A DNA stretch of 44,874 nucleotides from sequence record SRR20825019_158; one strand, 5' to 3'. Made by a program: the position numbers and the translations under genes. Shown in pieces: positions 29,730 to 38,945 of the stretch. The notes beneath the pieces are model-generated. The model saw only the letters and a list, made by a program, of their open reading frames with translations, ran no database searches and was not told the DNA's origin. How positions within the stretch are numbered: position 1 is the first letter of the stretch; the number at the start of each line of letters is the position of its first letter.

Positions 29730-30148
29730 ATACCAACTCCCTCAATGATCTTTCCCATGAACTCATCGGCGCAGCGATTGAAGTGCATCGGGAGCTTGGC
29801 CCCGGGCTTTTGGAGTCAGCGTATGAAGGTGCCTATTCTCATGAGTTAGACCTTCGGAGTATTCCCCATGTCCGGCAAAAGACGATGCCAGTCCAATACA
29901 AAGGTGTGGTCATCGAGACCGGTTACCGAATCGATTTACTTGCTGAAAATCGCGTGGTCGTGGAATTGAAAGCTCTCGGACAACTCCTTCCTATTCATAG
30001 CGCTCAACTTTTGACCTACCTGCGGCTGGGGGAATTCCCCCTTGGCCTCCTCATCAATTTTAACGTCACGAAACTCGTCGATGGAGTCGAACGCGTGTCC
30101 AATCGCGCACCAAACCTCTCCGCGTTCTCTGCGTCCTCCGCGTTGAAA
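29687..30148. mobile_element. Putative GxxExxY cassette bounded by 31-bp imperfect terminal inverted repeats
   Basis: Left IR 29687-29717 tttaaacgcgaaggacgcggagatcgcggag vs reverse complement of 30118-30148 tttcaacgcggaggacgcagagaacgcggag: 27/31 identical. Each arm has three 9-bp subrepeats. Confidence 0.65.
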
Positions 30149-30169
30149 ACTCCGAATCCAAAATTGTGA
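29726..30169 (+). CDS. GxxExxY protein (PD-(D/E)XK nuclease-like fold)
   Basis: IGAAIEVHRELGPGLLESAYE (GxxExxY), RIDLL...VVELKA (D..ExK), AQLLTYL and GLLINFN. Confidence 0.92.
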   Translation: MNTNSLNDLSHELIGAAIEVHRELGPGLLESAYEGAYSHELDLRSIPHVRQKTMPVQYKGVVIETGYRIDLLAENRVVVELKALGQLLPIHSAQLLTYLRLGEFPLGLLINFNVTKLVDGVERVSNRAPNLSAFSASSALKTPNPKL

Positions 30170-32019
30170 AACGATTCATCCCTTTAATTGTTCTGCTCCT
30201 CGGGGCTGCTTGGTTGGTGAGCACCCTGGCTCCACGTGAGCCCAAGACGGAATTTGATGTCAACGGATTCGGACGCCTGCCGGTTTTGGTCAATGGTCGC
30301 GTCAAACCCATGGATACGGTCGCACGTTCCGCGTTGCTCCAATTTCAAGGGCGGCAACGAGTCACCACGCCGGACGAAAGCAAAGTCTCCCCGATCGAAT
30401 GGCTTATCGGCGTGTTCTTCGATTCTCAGACAACGGACACGTTCCGCACCTTTGAAATCGTGCACCCCGATGTCCTCACGCTGTTCAACCTGAAAGCCGA
30501 AGACGGTGATAAAAAGAAACGATTCTCGTTTAGCCAACTCGAGGAAGACCTGCCGGAATTGATGCGCCAATCCGAACTGGCCCAGCAAATCGAAGCACAG
30601 AAACGCACCCCTTTCCAACGCGGGATCGTGCAACTCCATCTGAAGATCGCCCGTTACCAGGAACTGAAACACTCGCTGATTCTCCCCGATTCGGATGATT
30701 TCCTCGGCGAACTCCTGCGATTTCAGGACGCCTTACCCGCCGGGATCGCCGCCGTGCGCGCCAAGCAACAGGGGCAGGACTACAGTGAGGATGCGTTTCA
30801 AGCCATGATCGTGATGGGGAAACGCTATGACCGGATGTCCGCCGGCACGCGTCTGCATCCGATTCCACCGGCAGCCAATGCCGAGGATCAAATGGTGTGG
30901 CACAACACCGGCCGTGCCCTCCTCGATACCTTCCAACGCGGCAGCGTTGATCCCACCGTGCTCTCCTACGCGGGTCTTGCCCATGCCTGGAACCACCATC
31001 AACCCGAACAGTTTAACAAGATCATCAGCCTGCTTCGTCCGGAGCTCGAGAAGCGTTACGCGCCGCAATTGGAAAAGTCCGACGTGGAAGTGCGCTTCAA
31101 TGCCGCGCAGCCATTTTACAACAGCATGATCCTCTACGTGCTGGCCTTTATTCTCGCGATCTTCTCGTGGCTTAAATGGCCGGATACCTTGGGTCGCTCC
31201 GCATTCTGGTTGATCGCCCTCGCCTTCATCGCGACGACCTTGGGAATCGCCACCCGGATGTGGCTCGAAGGCCGTCCACCGGTCACCAATCTCTACTCAT
31301 CCGCCCTCTTCGTCGGGTGGGGTGCCGTGCTGCTCTGTTTGTTCCTCGAGGCGATTTACAAAAATGCCATCGGCAGCGTCGCGGCCGGACTGGTCGGGTT
31401 TGGCACCTTGCTCATCGCGCATCATCTCTCGCTCAGCGGTGACACGTTGGAAATGATGCGTGCGGTGCTCGATTCCAACTTCTGGTTGGCCACCCATGTC
31501 GTCATTATCACGATCGGCTACTCCGCGACCTTCCTCGCCGGATTCCTTGCCCTTATTTATATCGTGCGCGGTCTGTTGACTCCCTCGCTGGACAAAGCGA
31601 CGGCCGATTCACTCGCGCGCATGGTTTACGGCATCGTCTGCTTCGCCACGTTGTTCAGTCTGATTGGCACCGTCCTCGGGGGAATCTGGGCGGATCAATC
31701 CTGGGGACGTTTCTGGGGCTGGGATCCCAAGGAAAACGGTGCCCTGATTATCGTGCTCTGGAATGCGATTATCCTCCACGCGCGCTGGGGCGGTCTCGTC
31801 AAACAACGCGGGCTCATGTGCCTCGCGATCTTTGGCAACGTGGTGACCAGCTGGAGCTGGTTCGGCACCAATATGCTCGGCGTCGGTCTGCACAGTTACG
31901 GTTTCATGGACGCCGCTTTCTGGTGGCTCACCGCCTTTATCGGCAGCCAGCTGATTCTGATCGCGATCGCCAATATCCCCTTGGAGAAATGGCGCAGCTT
32001 CCAAAATCGCCGAGCCTGA
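30166..32019 (+). CDS. ccsA: Cytochrome c biogenesis protein CcsA/ResC with a large N-terminal periplasmic domain
   Basis: WWD motif GGIWADQSWGRFWGWDPKE, WLATHV, ILHAR, GLHSYG and GRPPVTNLY; N-terminal GRVKPMDT segment. Confidence 0.92.
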   Translation: MKRFIPLIVLLLGAAWLVSTLAPREPKTEFDVNGFGRLPVLVNGRVKPMDTVARSALLQFQGRQRVTTPDESKVSPIEWLIGVFFDSQTTDTFRTFEIVHPDVLTLFNLKAEDGDKKKRFSFSQLEEDLPELMRQSELAQQIEAQKRTPFQRGIVQLHLKIARYQELKHSLILPDSDDFLGELLRFQDALPAGIAAVRAKQQGQDYSEDAFQAMIVMGKRYDRMSAGTRLHPIPPAANAEDQMVWHNTGRALLDTFQRGSVDPTVLSYAGLAHAWNHHQPEQFNKIISLLRPELEKRYAPQLEKSDVEVRFNAAQPFYNSMILYVLAFILAIFSWLKWPDTLGRSAFWLIALAFIATTLGIATRMWLEGRPPVTNLYSSALFVGWGAVLLCLFLEAIYKNAIGSVAAGLVGFGTLLIAHHLSLSGDTLEMMRAVLDSNFWLATHVVIITIGYSATFLAGFLALIYIVRGLLTPSLDKATADSLARMVYGIVCFATLFSLIGTVLGGIWADQSWGRFWGWDPKENGALIIVLWNAIILHARWGGLVKQRGLMCLAIFGNVVTSWSWFGTNMLGVGLHSYGFMDAAFWWLTAFIGSQLILIAIANIPLEKWRSFQNRRA

Positions 32020-32077
32020 TTCTTTGCGTAAATACCGCTTCGACAAATCGTCCCAATCGGACTAACTGCTAATCCCC

Positions 32078-32308
32078 ATGACCTCAAATACCCACAAAGA
32101 ACTCATGCAGAAAATCGTCGCCTGTGTGGGCGAAAAGGAAGCGATCAAACTGGTCTCCGATGCATTCAGCGCCGAAGTGCTGGCCAATCGCATGGGACGC
32201 CTGGAAAACGCGGGCAAACCCCTGCTCCGTAAAAAACGCAGCGCGATCGATCTCATGGAGCTGGCTCTTGAGCGGGTGTGGCAGATCTGTGAGTTGACGC
32301 AGGCTTAA
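32078..32308 (+). CDS. Small hypothetical protein (76 aa)
   Basis: ATG ORF filling the ccsA-recN gap with a helical-looking sequence. Its TAA shares the TTAA at 32305-32308 with the convergent recN stop. Confidence 0.45.
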   Translation: MTSNTHKELMQKIVACVGEKEAIKLVSDAFSAEVLANRMGRLENAGKPLLRKKRSAIDLMELALERVWQICELTQA

Positions 32309-33972
32309 CCAGCCGTCCCCAGCAGTTCCTCCGCGTGCGCCCGCGCGCTCTTTGCATTGCGATCTCCCAACATGCGGGCCAGTTCGCCGATGCGATTCTC
32401 GCGATTCTCCTGGATCGGCGCAATCGTCACGATGGCGCGATCCTTGGATTGATCCTTATCCACCACGAGATGATGGGCGGCCTGGGCGGCCACCTGCGGC
32501 AAATGGGTCACGCAAAGCACCTGATGGTTCTGCGCAATCGCAGCCATTTTCTCGCCCACCACCCGACCGATCTCGCCACCGACATTCGCGTCCACTTCAT
32601 CAAACACCAACAGCGGCACCCCATCCAGATCGGCGAGCACGGTTTTGAGAGCGAGCATCACCCGAGCTAACTCACCGCTTGAAGCGATCTTACTGAGCTC
32701 CAACGGAGCCTCTCCCACATTCGGTGAAAAGAGAAACTCGCAGGCACTGTCGCCCATCAAACCCGGTTCCTCCAACCCGACCACCTCGATCTGAAAATCC
32801 GCTTTCTTAAATCCGAGCATCGCAATCGAATCCGCCGCGACCTTCGCCAGCTGACCCGCCGCCTTCTCACGACTCTTCCGCAGGAGTTTCGCCGTCGCGG
32901 TCATCTGCTTCTCGGCCTCGAGGATTTGTTTTTCCAATTTGAGCAAGGTGCCCTCGATATCGCCCTGCACCTCCAATTGACGCCGCATGGCATCCCGCGC
33001 CTCGATCACGGCCTCCAGATCGCCGCCGTGCTTGCGCTTCATTGCCAACCACGAATCCATCTGCACTTGCAGCTGCTCGGCCTGCTCCGGATCAAATTGT
33101 AATTGCTCGCTCAGTCCCGCGACCTCCGCGGCGAGATCGTTGAGTTCCACCGAGGCACTCGTGAGTCGCTCCACCAAGGCACTGCTCGACGGATCCAACT
33201 GCTCGAGTTGGCGCGCCTCGCGCAGGACTGCCGACAGCTTAGTCTCAACCCCTTCCTCTCCGGAAAGCCCTTCGGCCATCGCCGAAGACAGTTCGATTAA
33301 CTCCTGCGCCTGACTCATGCGCTGAAAATCACGCTCCAATTCCGTGATCGATTCTTCGGTCAGCTCCAACTCGTCCAACCGATCCAGCTGCATTTGGAGA
33401 AAATCAATTTGTGCCCCCGATAATTTGGTTTCCTGGCTGATCCGTTCGCGCTCGGCCAACAAGTCCCGCCAGGCGCGATAGTTTTCCTGATAGCGGGTCA
33501 GTTCATTTTCCGTGCGGCCGAACAGATCGAGCAAGTCCAACTGACAGCTCCCTTTGAGCAAACGTCGAGGTTCGCTCGGTCCGTGGAAATCGATCCACGC
33601 TTCTCCGAGCTTTTGCAAAGACGACAAAGGCGACAATCCGCCGTTCACTGTGATCTTCGGAGCTTTCGCGCGAGCCACACTCCGCTTCAAAATCAACAGT
33701 CCCTCTTCGCAGGGAGGCAGATCCAACTCGGACAACAATGTTTCGATGGCTTCCGGCTTATCAAAATAGAGACTCGCCTCCACCTCGCAGCTATCGGCGC
33801 CCTGGCGGATGATGGTCTTATCAGCTCGCTCACCGGCCAGCAAACTGAGGGCGCCAAGCAGAATGCTCTTCCCCGCCCCGGTCTCCCCCGTCACGGCCGT
33901 AAAACCCGCCTCAAAATCCAGGGACACCTCTTCCAACAAGGCGAGATTGCGGATGCGAAGCGATTGGAGCAT
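32305..33972 (-). CDS. recN: DNA repair protein RecN
   Basis: MLQSLRIRNLAL, TGETGAGKS, coiled coil, KIASSGELARVMLALK, FDEVDANVGG and CVTHLPQVAA. ATG 33972. Confidence 0.96.
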   Translation of the reverse strand: MLQSLRIRNLALLEEVSLDFEAGFTAVTGETGAGKSILLGALSLLAGERADKTIIRQGADSCEVEASLYFDKPEAIETLLSELDLPPCEEGLLILKRSVARAKAPKITVNGGLSPLSSLQKLGEAWIDFHGPSEPRRLLKGSCQLDLLDLFGRTENELTRYQENYRAWRDLLAERERISQETKLSGAQIDFLQMQLDRLDELELTEESITELERDFQRMSQAQELIELSSAMAEGLSGEEGVETKLSAVLREARQLEQLDPSSSALVERLTSASVELNDLAAEVAGLSEQLQFDPEQAEQLQVQMDSWLAMKRKHGGDLEAVIEARDAMRRQLEVQGDIEGTLLKLEKQILEAEKQMTATAKLLRKSREKAAGQLAKVAADSIAMLGFKKADFQIEVVGLEEPGLMGDSACEFLFSPNVGEAPLELSKIASSGELARVMLALKTVLADLDGVPLLVFDEVDANVGGEIGRVVGEKMAAIAQNHQVLCVTHLPQVAAQAAHHLVVDKDQSKDRAIVTIAPIQENRENRIGELARMLGDRNAKSARAHAEELLGTAG

Positions 33973-34114
33973 GCCAGCATACGGCACAAAAACTCGTCCC
34001 GTTTCAAGCGAGGGATGAGCCCTTTCGATCAAAACATCCCCGGACACCGTAAAGATGCTAATTTTACTTGCGCCCGAGGCCCTGACTCGTGCTTACTTCG
34101 CAACTCCATTTTTT

Positions 34115-34191
34115 GGACCCTTAGCTCAGTTGGTTAGAGCGCTTCGTTGACATCGAAGAGGTCACAGATTCGAGTTCTGTAGGGTCCACCA
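34115..34191 (+). tRNA. tRNA-Val (anticodon GAC)
   Basis: 77-nt cloverleaf: acceptor GGACCCT/AGGGTCC, D stem GCTC/GAGC, anticodon arm CTTCG-TTGACAT-CGAAG, T arm ACAGA-TTCGAGT-TCTGT, encoded CCA. Confidence 0.96.
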
Positions 34192-34347
34192 TGCTTTGCT
34201 CAAAGAGCTACGCATGGCACGGCCATCCTAAATATTTGTCAGAGGTCGCCGGATGGACCTTGGATGCCAACGCAAAGCATGCCCTGCATAGCCTTGGCGA
34301 CGCAGGGCGGGTATTCGCTAGGATAACCCGAACCTGACGGTTTGTGG

Positions 34348-35133
34348 CTACTTCGCTCGCAGCGCAGCCAGACCTTTTCGGCAGGTCTCGGTCAGCATCG
34401 TGATATCCAGGCTATAGGCCAGTAATTGATACCCTTCGGCCAACCGCGCCTTCCCCTCCTGAGGATCGACCGCGACCACATGGATCCCGGAAATCGCCTT
34501 GTGCCGCACGCACGCGGCCTGAATCTCACCGAGCGCCGCGACATAATCGGGGTGATCAAATTGTCCGGCCAATCCCATCGAAGCGGATAAATCGTAGGGG
34601 CCGATAAAGACGGCATCGATCCCTGCTACGCCGAGGATTTCATCGATATTTTTCACGGCTTCAATGTGCTCGATCTGCACGGCGACCAGAATGTTTTCAT
34701 TCGCCCGCTTAAACTCGTCATCGATCCGCATGCCGTAGTCATTGGCCCGGCAAAACCCCAAGCCGCGCAGGCCTTCCGGTGGGTATTTACACGCCTGCAC
34801 CAAAAGTTCGGCCTCCGCTTTCGTTCGCACCAGGGGCGCAATCACGCCATCAGCTCCCGCATCCAGATAGCGTTTCACAAACGAGTAATCCACCCCGTGC
34901 AATCGCACCACCGCCGCGCACCCCGGACGTCCCGATTCCATCGCCTGAAACATCGGCTGCACCTGCGGCAGATCCACGGCGGAATGCTCCGCATCGACAC
35001 AGAGGAAATCAAAACCGCTCGCCGCCATCAGCTCAGCGACAATCGGGCTCCCGCTATTAATCCAGCTACCGATGACGGATTCACCCGCCAGTAAACGTTG
35101 ACGTAGCGAAATAGGGGAAGAGGCCTTACTCAT
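34348..35133 (-). CDS. HpcH/HpaI (GarL-like) class II aldolase
   Basis: GFDFLCVDAEHS, KRYLDAGADGVIAP, YPPEGLRG, VQIEH and FIGPYDLSASMG. Confidence 0.9.
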   Translation of the reverse strand: MSKASSPISLRQRLLAGESVIGSWINSGSPIVAELMAASGFDFLCVDAEHSAVDLPQVQPMFQAMESGRPGCAAVVRLHGVDYSFVKRYLDAGADGVIAPLVRTKAEAELLVQACKYPPEGLRGLGFCRANDYGMRIDDEFKRANENILVAVQIEHIEAVKNIDEILGVAGIDAVFIGPYDLSASMGLAGQFDHPDYVAALGEIQAACVRHKAISGIHVVAVDPQEGKARLAEGYQLLAYSLDITMLTETCRKGLAALRAK

Positions 35134-35228
35134 CTGAGCAGTCAAAGGGAGAGTAGGCCTAAAAATCGATTCTTTACTGAAAGAACCTTTTGTAACTACC
35201 TCGCCACGATCCAGTCTGTCCCCAATCC

Positions 35229-36191
35229 ATGCCTCGCATTCTTCTGACCACCACCTCCTTTCAGGACACCCCGGGGATCCATCACGAAAAACTCGCCGCG
35301 ACTGGTTTTGAAATCGTGCGACACCGTGGTCCGTTACCCGAAAGTGCGATGCTTGAACTCGCCGGCGAGTTTGATGCTTACCTCTGCGGGGACGATGCCC
35401 TCACCCGGCAGGTCATGGAAAAATCGCTTCCGCGTCTGAAGGTAATTTCGAAATACGGCATCGGCCTCGATCAAATCGACCTCCCGGCTGCCACCGCCCT
35501 CAAAATTCCCGTGCTCTTCACTCCCGGCGTGAATCACACCACGGTCGCAGAACACACCTTTGCCCTACTTCTCGGCGCCGTGCGCAATCTCGTGGTGGAA
35601 GCGAATCACACTGCGGCCGGACGGTGGGAACGCATCACGGGTCACGAAATTCACGGCAAGACCATGGCGATCATCGGCTTCGGTCGCATCGGGAAAGAAG
35701 TCGCCAAACGCGCCTCCGCTTTCGGACTCAATCTGATCGGCTACGGCCATTATTGGGATGAAGGCTTCGCTGATAAATATCAGATCACCCGAATCAACCA
35801 TTTCGAGGACGCACTTCGCCAGGCCGACATCGTTAGCCTGCACACCAAGCTCACTCCGGACACCAGGCACCTGATCAACGCCACCAATATTTCCCTGCTC
35901 AAAAAGGGCGCGATCATCGTCAACACGAGTCGGGGGGATCTCATTGCCTTGGACGCTTTGGTGAAGGCACTCAAATCCAAACACCTCCTCGCCTATGCGG
36001 CCGACGTGCTCGATCGGGAACCTCCGCCCGCAGACCACCCGCTTCTCGGATTACCCGGCGTCACGCTCACCCCGCACATCGGCTCCCGCACCCACGAGAG
36101 CGTGCAGCGACAGGCCAGTTGCGCGGTGGATAATCTCGCCCTCTTTCTCGCTGGTCATGAGCCGATCGCACGCGCGAATCCCGGTTTCTGA
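35229..36191 (+). CDS. D-isomer-specific 2-hydroxyacid dehydrogenase (phosphoglycerate dehydrogenase-like, no ACT domain)
   Basis: SKYGIGLDQID, TVAEHT, IIGFGRIG, VNTSRG, DVLDREPP and LTPHIG. Confidence 0.9.
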   Translation: MPRILLTTTSFQDTPGIHHEKLAATGFEIVRHRGPLPESAMLELAGEFDAYLCGDDALTRQVMEKSLPRLKVISKYGIGLDQIDLPAATALKIPVLFTPGVNHTTVAEHTFALLLGAVRNLVVEANHTAAGRWERITGHEIHGKTMAIIGFGRIGKEVAKRASAFGLNLIGYGHYWDEGFADKYQITRINHFEDALRQADIVSLHTKLTPDTRHLINATNISLLKKGAIIVNTSRGDLIALDALVKALKSKHLLAYAADVLDREPPPADHPLLGLPGVTLTPHIGSRTHESVQRQASCAVDNLALFLAGHEPIARANPGF

Positions 36192-36256
36192 TCAAGCATT
36201 CGATTCGCTCTACCTTCCGTGCGGGCACGAGACATTTGCCGCCTTGTCTTCGCCAA

Positions 36257-37201
36257 TCACTTTTTCGCAAACCAAGCTCGTGCCTGTTCGCGATCCTCGG
36301 AGATCTGTTTCGTCAGTGCCTCGACATCCGCAAACTTCATTTCCGGACGGAGGAAATGCTTCCATTCCACCGTCACTTCATCGCCCATGACATAAGGACA
36401 CTCGTCGAGCACATGCACCTCGAGTCGTGGCACATTCGTTTCCTCGACCGTCGGTCGCAGACCAAAATTGGCGACCGCCGGGAGCTTTCCCGCTTCCCCA
36501 CGGCGTCCTACTCGCACGACGTAAACTCCCAGCTTGGGCTGCAAATCAGGGGCCCACTTAATGTTCATGGTCGGAAACCCGATCGTGCGGCCCAGGCCTT
36601 TGCCCGCCTCCACGCTACCTTCGGAGAAATAGGTATAACCCAGCAGCGCATTCGCTTGTCGGATTTTCCCCTCCTGTAGCAATCGCCTCACCCGCGTGCT
36701 GCTGATCGCTTCGCCATCAAAGTTCACCCGTGGGATGCTCAGAATCGACAGGTCACATTTCCGCGCTTCGGCAACCAGCTTCGCGACATCACCCCGACGC
36801 CCGCGCCCAAATTTCCAGTTCTCACCCACATAGACTGCCGTCAACTGCGGCAAGCGTTGTTTCAGCATCGGCAGAAAGTCCTCGGCAGTGATCGCCGCAA
36901 ATTCCGGAGTAAATTCCTGAGTGATCAAGGCATCCACATTCCAACCAGCCAACACATGAGCCTTGGTTTCCGGCGACATGATCAGCGGCGTGGGATCTTC
37001 GCTGCGAAACAGCGCGCTCGGGTGTGGCCAAAACGTGAGCACCGCCGCCTGTCCGCCGTTTTCCCGGGCCGATTGCAGCGCCGTATCGATCACCGCGTGA
37101 TGCCCTAGGTGGAGTCCGTCAAACATACCGATGGCCAGATGTAACGGCACGGTGGATTCGGGCACCGCCTTCAACCCGGCATACTCAACCAACGTTTTCA
37201 C
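36257..37201 (-). CDS. ribF: Bifunctional riboflavin kinase / FAD synthetase
   Basis: [44 protein letters not shown] and LRPEMKF. Confidence 0.96.
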   Translation of the reverse strand: MKTLVEYAGLKAVPESTVPLHLAIGMFDGLHLGHHAVIDTALQSARENGGQAAVLTFWPHPSALFRSEDPTPLIMSPETKAHVLAGWNVDALITQEFTPEFAAITAEDFLPMLKQRLPQLTAVYVGENWKFGRGRRGDVAKLVAEARKCDLSILSIPRVNFDGEAISSTRVRRLLQEGKIRQANALLGYTYFSEGSVEAGKGLGRTIGFPTMNIKWAPDLQPKLGVYVVRVGRRGEAGKLPAVANFGLRPTVEETNVPRLEVHVLDECPYVMGDEVTVEWKHFLRPEMKFADVEALTKQISEDREQARAWFAKK

Positions 37202-37926
37202 AGGGCGACACTCGGAGCTGCCTGATGGATCGGAATCAGACGCTTTTCAATTTCCGGCAAGGAAAGCGCCTGGATCTCATCCATCGTCAACGCCTCGGCG
37301 ACATTGAACTGATCGGTGGCAGTGCGGCGCAATGAAGAGAGATGCCCACCGCAGCCCAGTTTCTGTCCCAAATCGTGGGCCAGCGTGCGCACATAAGTGC
37401 CCTTGCTGCAGTGAACCCGAAAATCGATTTCCGGCAGAGCGAACCGGGTCATTTCGTATTCCGAAATCCGGATAAACCGGGGCTCCCGTTCCACTTCCTC
37501 GCCTTTGCGGGCCTTCTTGTAGAGGGGCACTCCCCCGATCTTAATCGCCGAGAACATCGGGGGCGTCTGGTATTGATCGCCCATAAATGATTTGATCGCG
37601 GTGCGCACCTGTTCCTCGGTGAAATCCGGCACCGGTCGGGTCTCCATCACCTCACCTTCAGCATCCTGAGAGTTGGTTACTTCGCCCAGTTTGATCGTGC
37701 CGGTGTAAACCTTATCAAGACTGATCAGGTATTGGGAAATCCGCGTCGCCTTGCCGATCAGCATGATCAACAGGCCCGTGGCCATCGGATCGAGCGTGCC
37801 GGCATGCCCGATCTTCTTCATTTTCAACTTACCGCGCAACCGCGCGACCACATCGTGCGAGGTATGGTCGGTGGGCTTGTCCACCAACAATACGCCCGAC
37901 ATTTCCTGTCCAGGAGCCTTGATCAT
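37198..37926 (-). CDS. truB: tRNA pseudouridine(55) synthase
   Basis: [34 protein letters not shown] and [15 protein letters not shown]. Confidence 0.97.
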   Translation of the reverse strand: MIKAPGQEMSGVLLVDKPTDHTSHDVVARLRGKLKMKKIGHAGTLDPMATGLLIMLIGKATRISQYLISLDKVYTGTIKLGEVTNSQDAEGEVMETRPVPDFTEEQVRTAIKSFMGDQYQTPPMFSAIKIGGVPLYKKARKGEEVEREPRFIRISEYEMTRFALPEIDFRVHCSKGTYVRTLAHDLGQKLGCGGHLSSLRRTATDQFNVAEALTMDEIQALSLPEIEKRLIPIHQAAPSVAL

Positions 37927-38945
37927 TATGAGTTCGTCTTGCCTTCCACCGCGGCCATTTGCGCGATGATCGCCGCGATCAATCGAGCGCGGAAATTCTC
38001 AGTATCTTTCTTCAGATTCAATCCCGCTGCACAGGTGTGGCCACCGCCATTGAATTGGGCAGCCACCTGATCCAAACGATAAACCGGATCTTTCGCCCGC
38101 AGACTTGCCTTCACGCTGCCGTCGGCCCGCTCTTCGATCAGCACACCGACATCCACGCCATCAATCGAGCGCGCATAGTCCACCAATCCCTCGGTTTCCT
38201 CCGTCGTCGTATTCGTCTCAGCAAACATCTGCGGCGTGATGGTGCCCACACAGAGTCGTCCGCCGTTTTCCATCTGAAAGGACGCGAGAAACATCTGGAG
38301 CAATTGAATCTTTCCGAGCGATTCACGCTCATAGAGTTCATACCCCGCTTCGCTGGGCTTGGCCCCACGTTCGAAAAGTTCCGCCGCCAAAATAAAGGTG
38401 CGCTTGGTGGTCGCCGGAAACCGAAATTGACCGGTATCCGTCACGATCCCCGCATAAAGTGCCTGCGCCATTACGACATTGATCGGCAGATTCAAATCCA
38501 AACAAATGCCGGTCAAAATCTCCGTCGTCGAAGCGGATTCAGGCTCCATGAAATCATAGTCCGCATAACCCAGATTGGAGATGTGATGATCCACCATCGC
38601 GTAGGGTTTCGGAAATAGCTTTGCGAGACGTTCACCGCAGCGTGCGCCATCCGCACAATCCACAAACACGGCCGTGTATTCCGTCGCGATCGGCAGGATG
38701 TCATCCGTGCGCAAAAACGTGATCCCCGGCACGAGAAATTCCAGACGCTCAGGCACCGGATCGGCATTCACACAAACCGCTTCGATCCCCTGCGACGCGA
38801 GCATTTGGGCCATCCCCACCTGCGAGCCGATACAATCCCCATCAGGACGCGCGTGCCCGACCACCGCCACCTTCCGACCATGCAGACCCCGGAGCATCTC
38901 CTGAAAGCGTTCGGCAAATTGGGGATAAAACGGCGCCATGCTCAT
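37926..38945 (-). CDS. nrnA: DHH-family phosphoesterase (NrnA-like oligoribonuclease/pAp phosphatase)
   Basis: [23 protein letters not shown] and GGGH motifs; position between rbfA and truB. Confidence 0.88.
   Translation of the reverse strand: MSMAPFYPQFAERFQEMLRGLHGRKVAVVGHARPDGDCIGSQVGMAQMLASQGIEAVCVNADPVPERLEFLVPGITFLRTDDILPIATEYTAVFVDCADGARCGERLAKLFPKPYAMVDHHISNLGYADYDFMEPESASTTEILTGICLDLNLPINVVMAQALYAGIVTDTGQFRFPATTKRTFILAAELFERGAKPSEAGYELYERESLGKIQLLQMFLASFQMENGGRLCVGTITPQMFAETNTTTEETEGLVDYARSIDGVDVGVLIEERADGSVKASLRAKDPVYRLDQVAAQFNGGGHTCAAGLNLKKDTENFRARLIAAIIAQMAAVEGKTNS

Noticed and set aside
29683-30165. Target-site duplication around the GxxExxY cassette
   Set aside because: Only a 4-mer (gaat) recurs and it is offset from the right IR; too short to support a TSD.
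34115-36256. Genomic island integrated at tRNA-Val
   Set aside because: No integrase, and I found no duplicate of the tRNA 3' end downstream.
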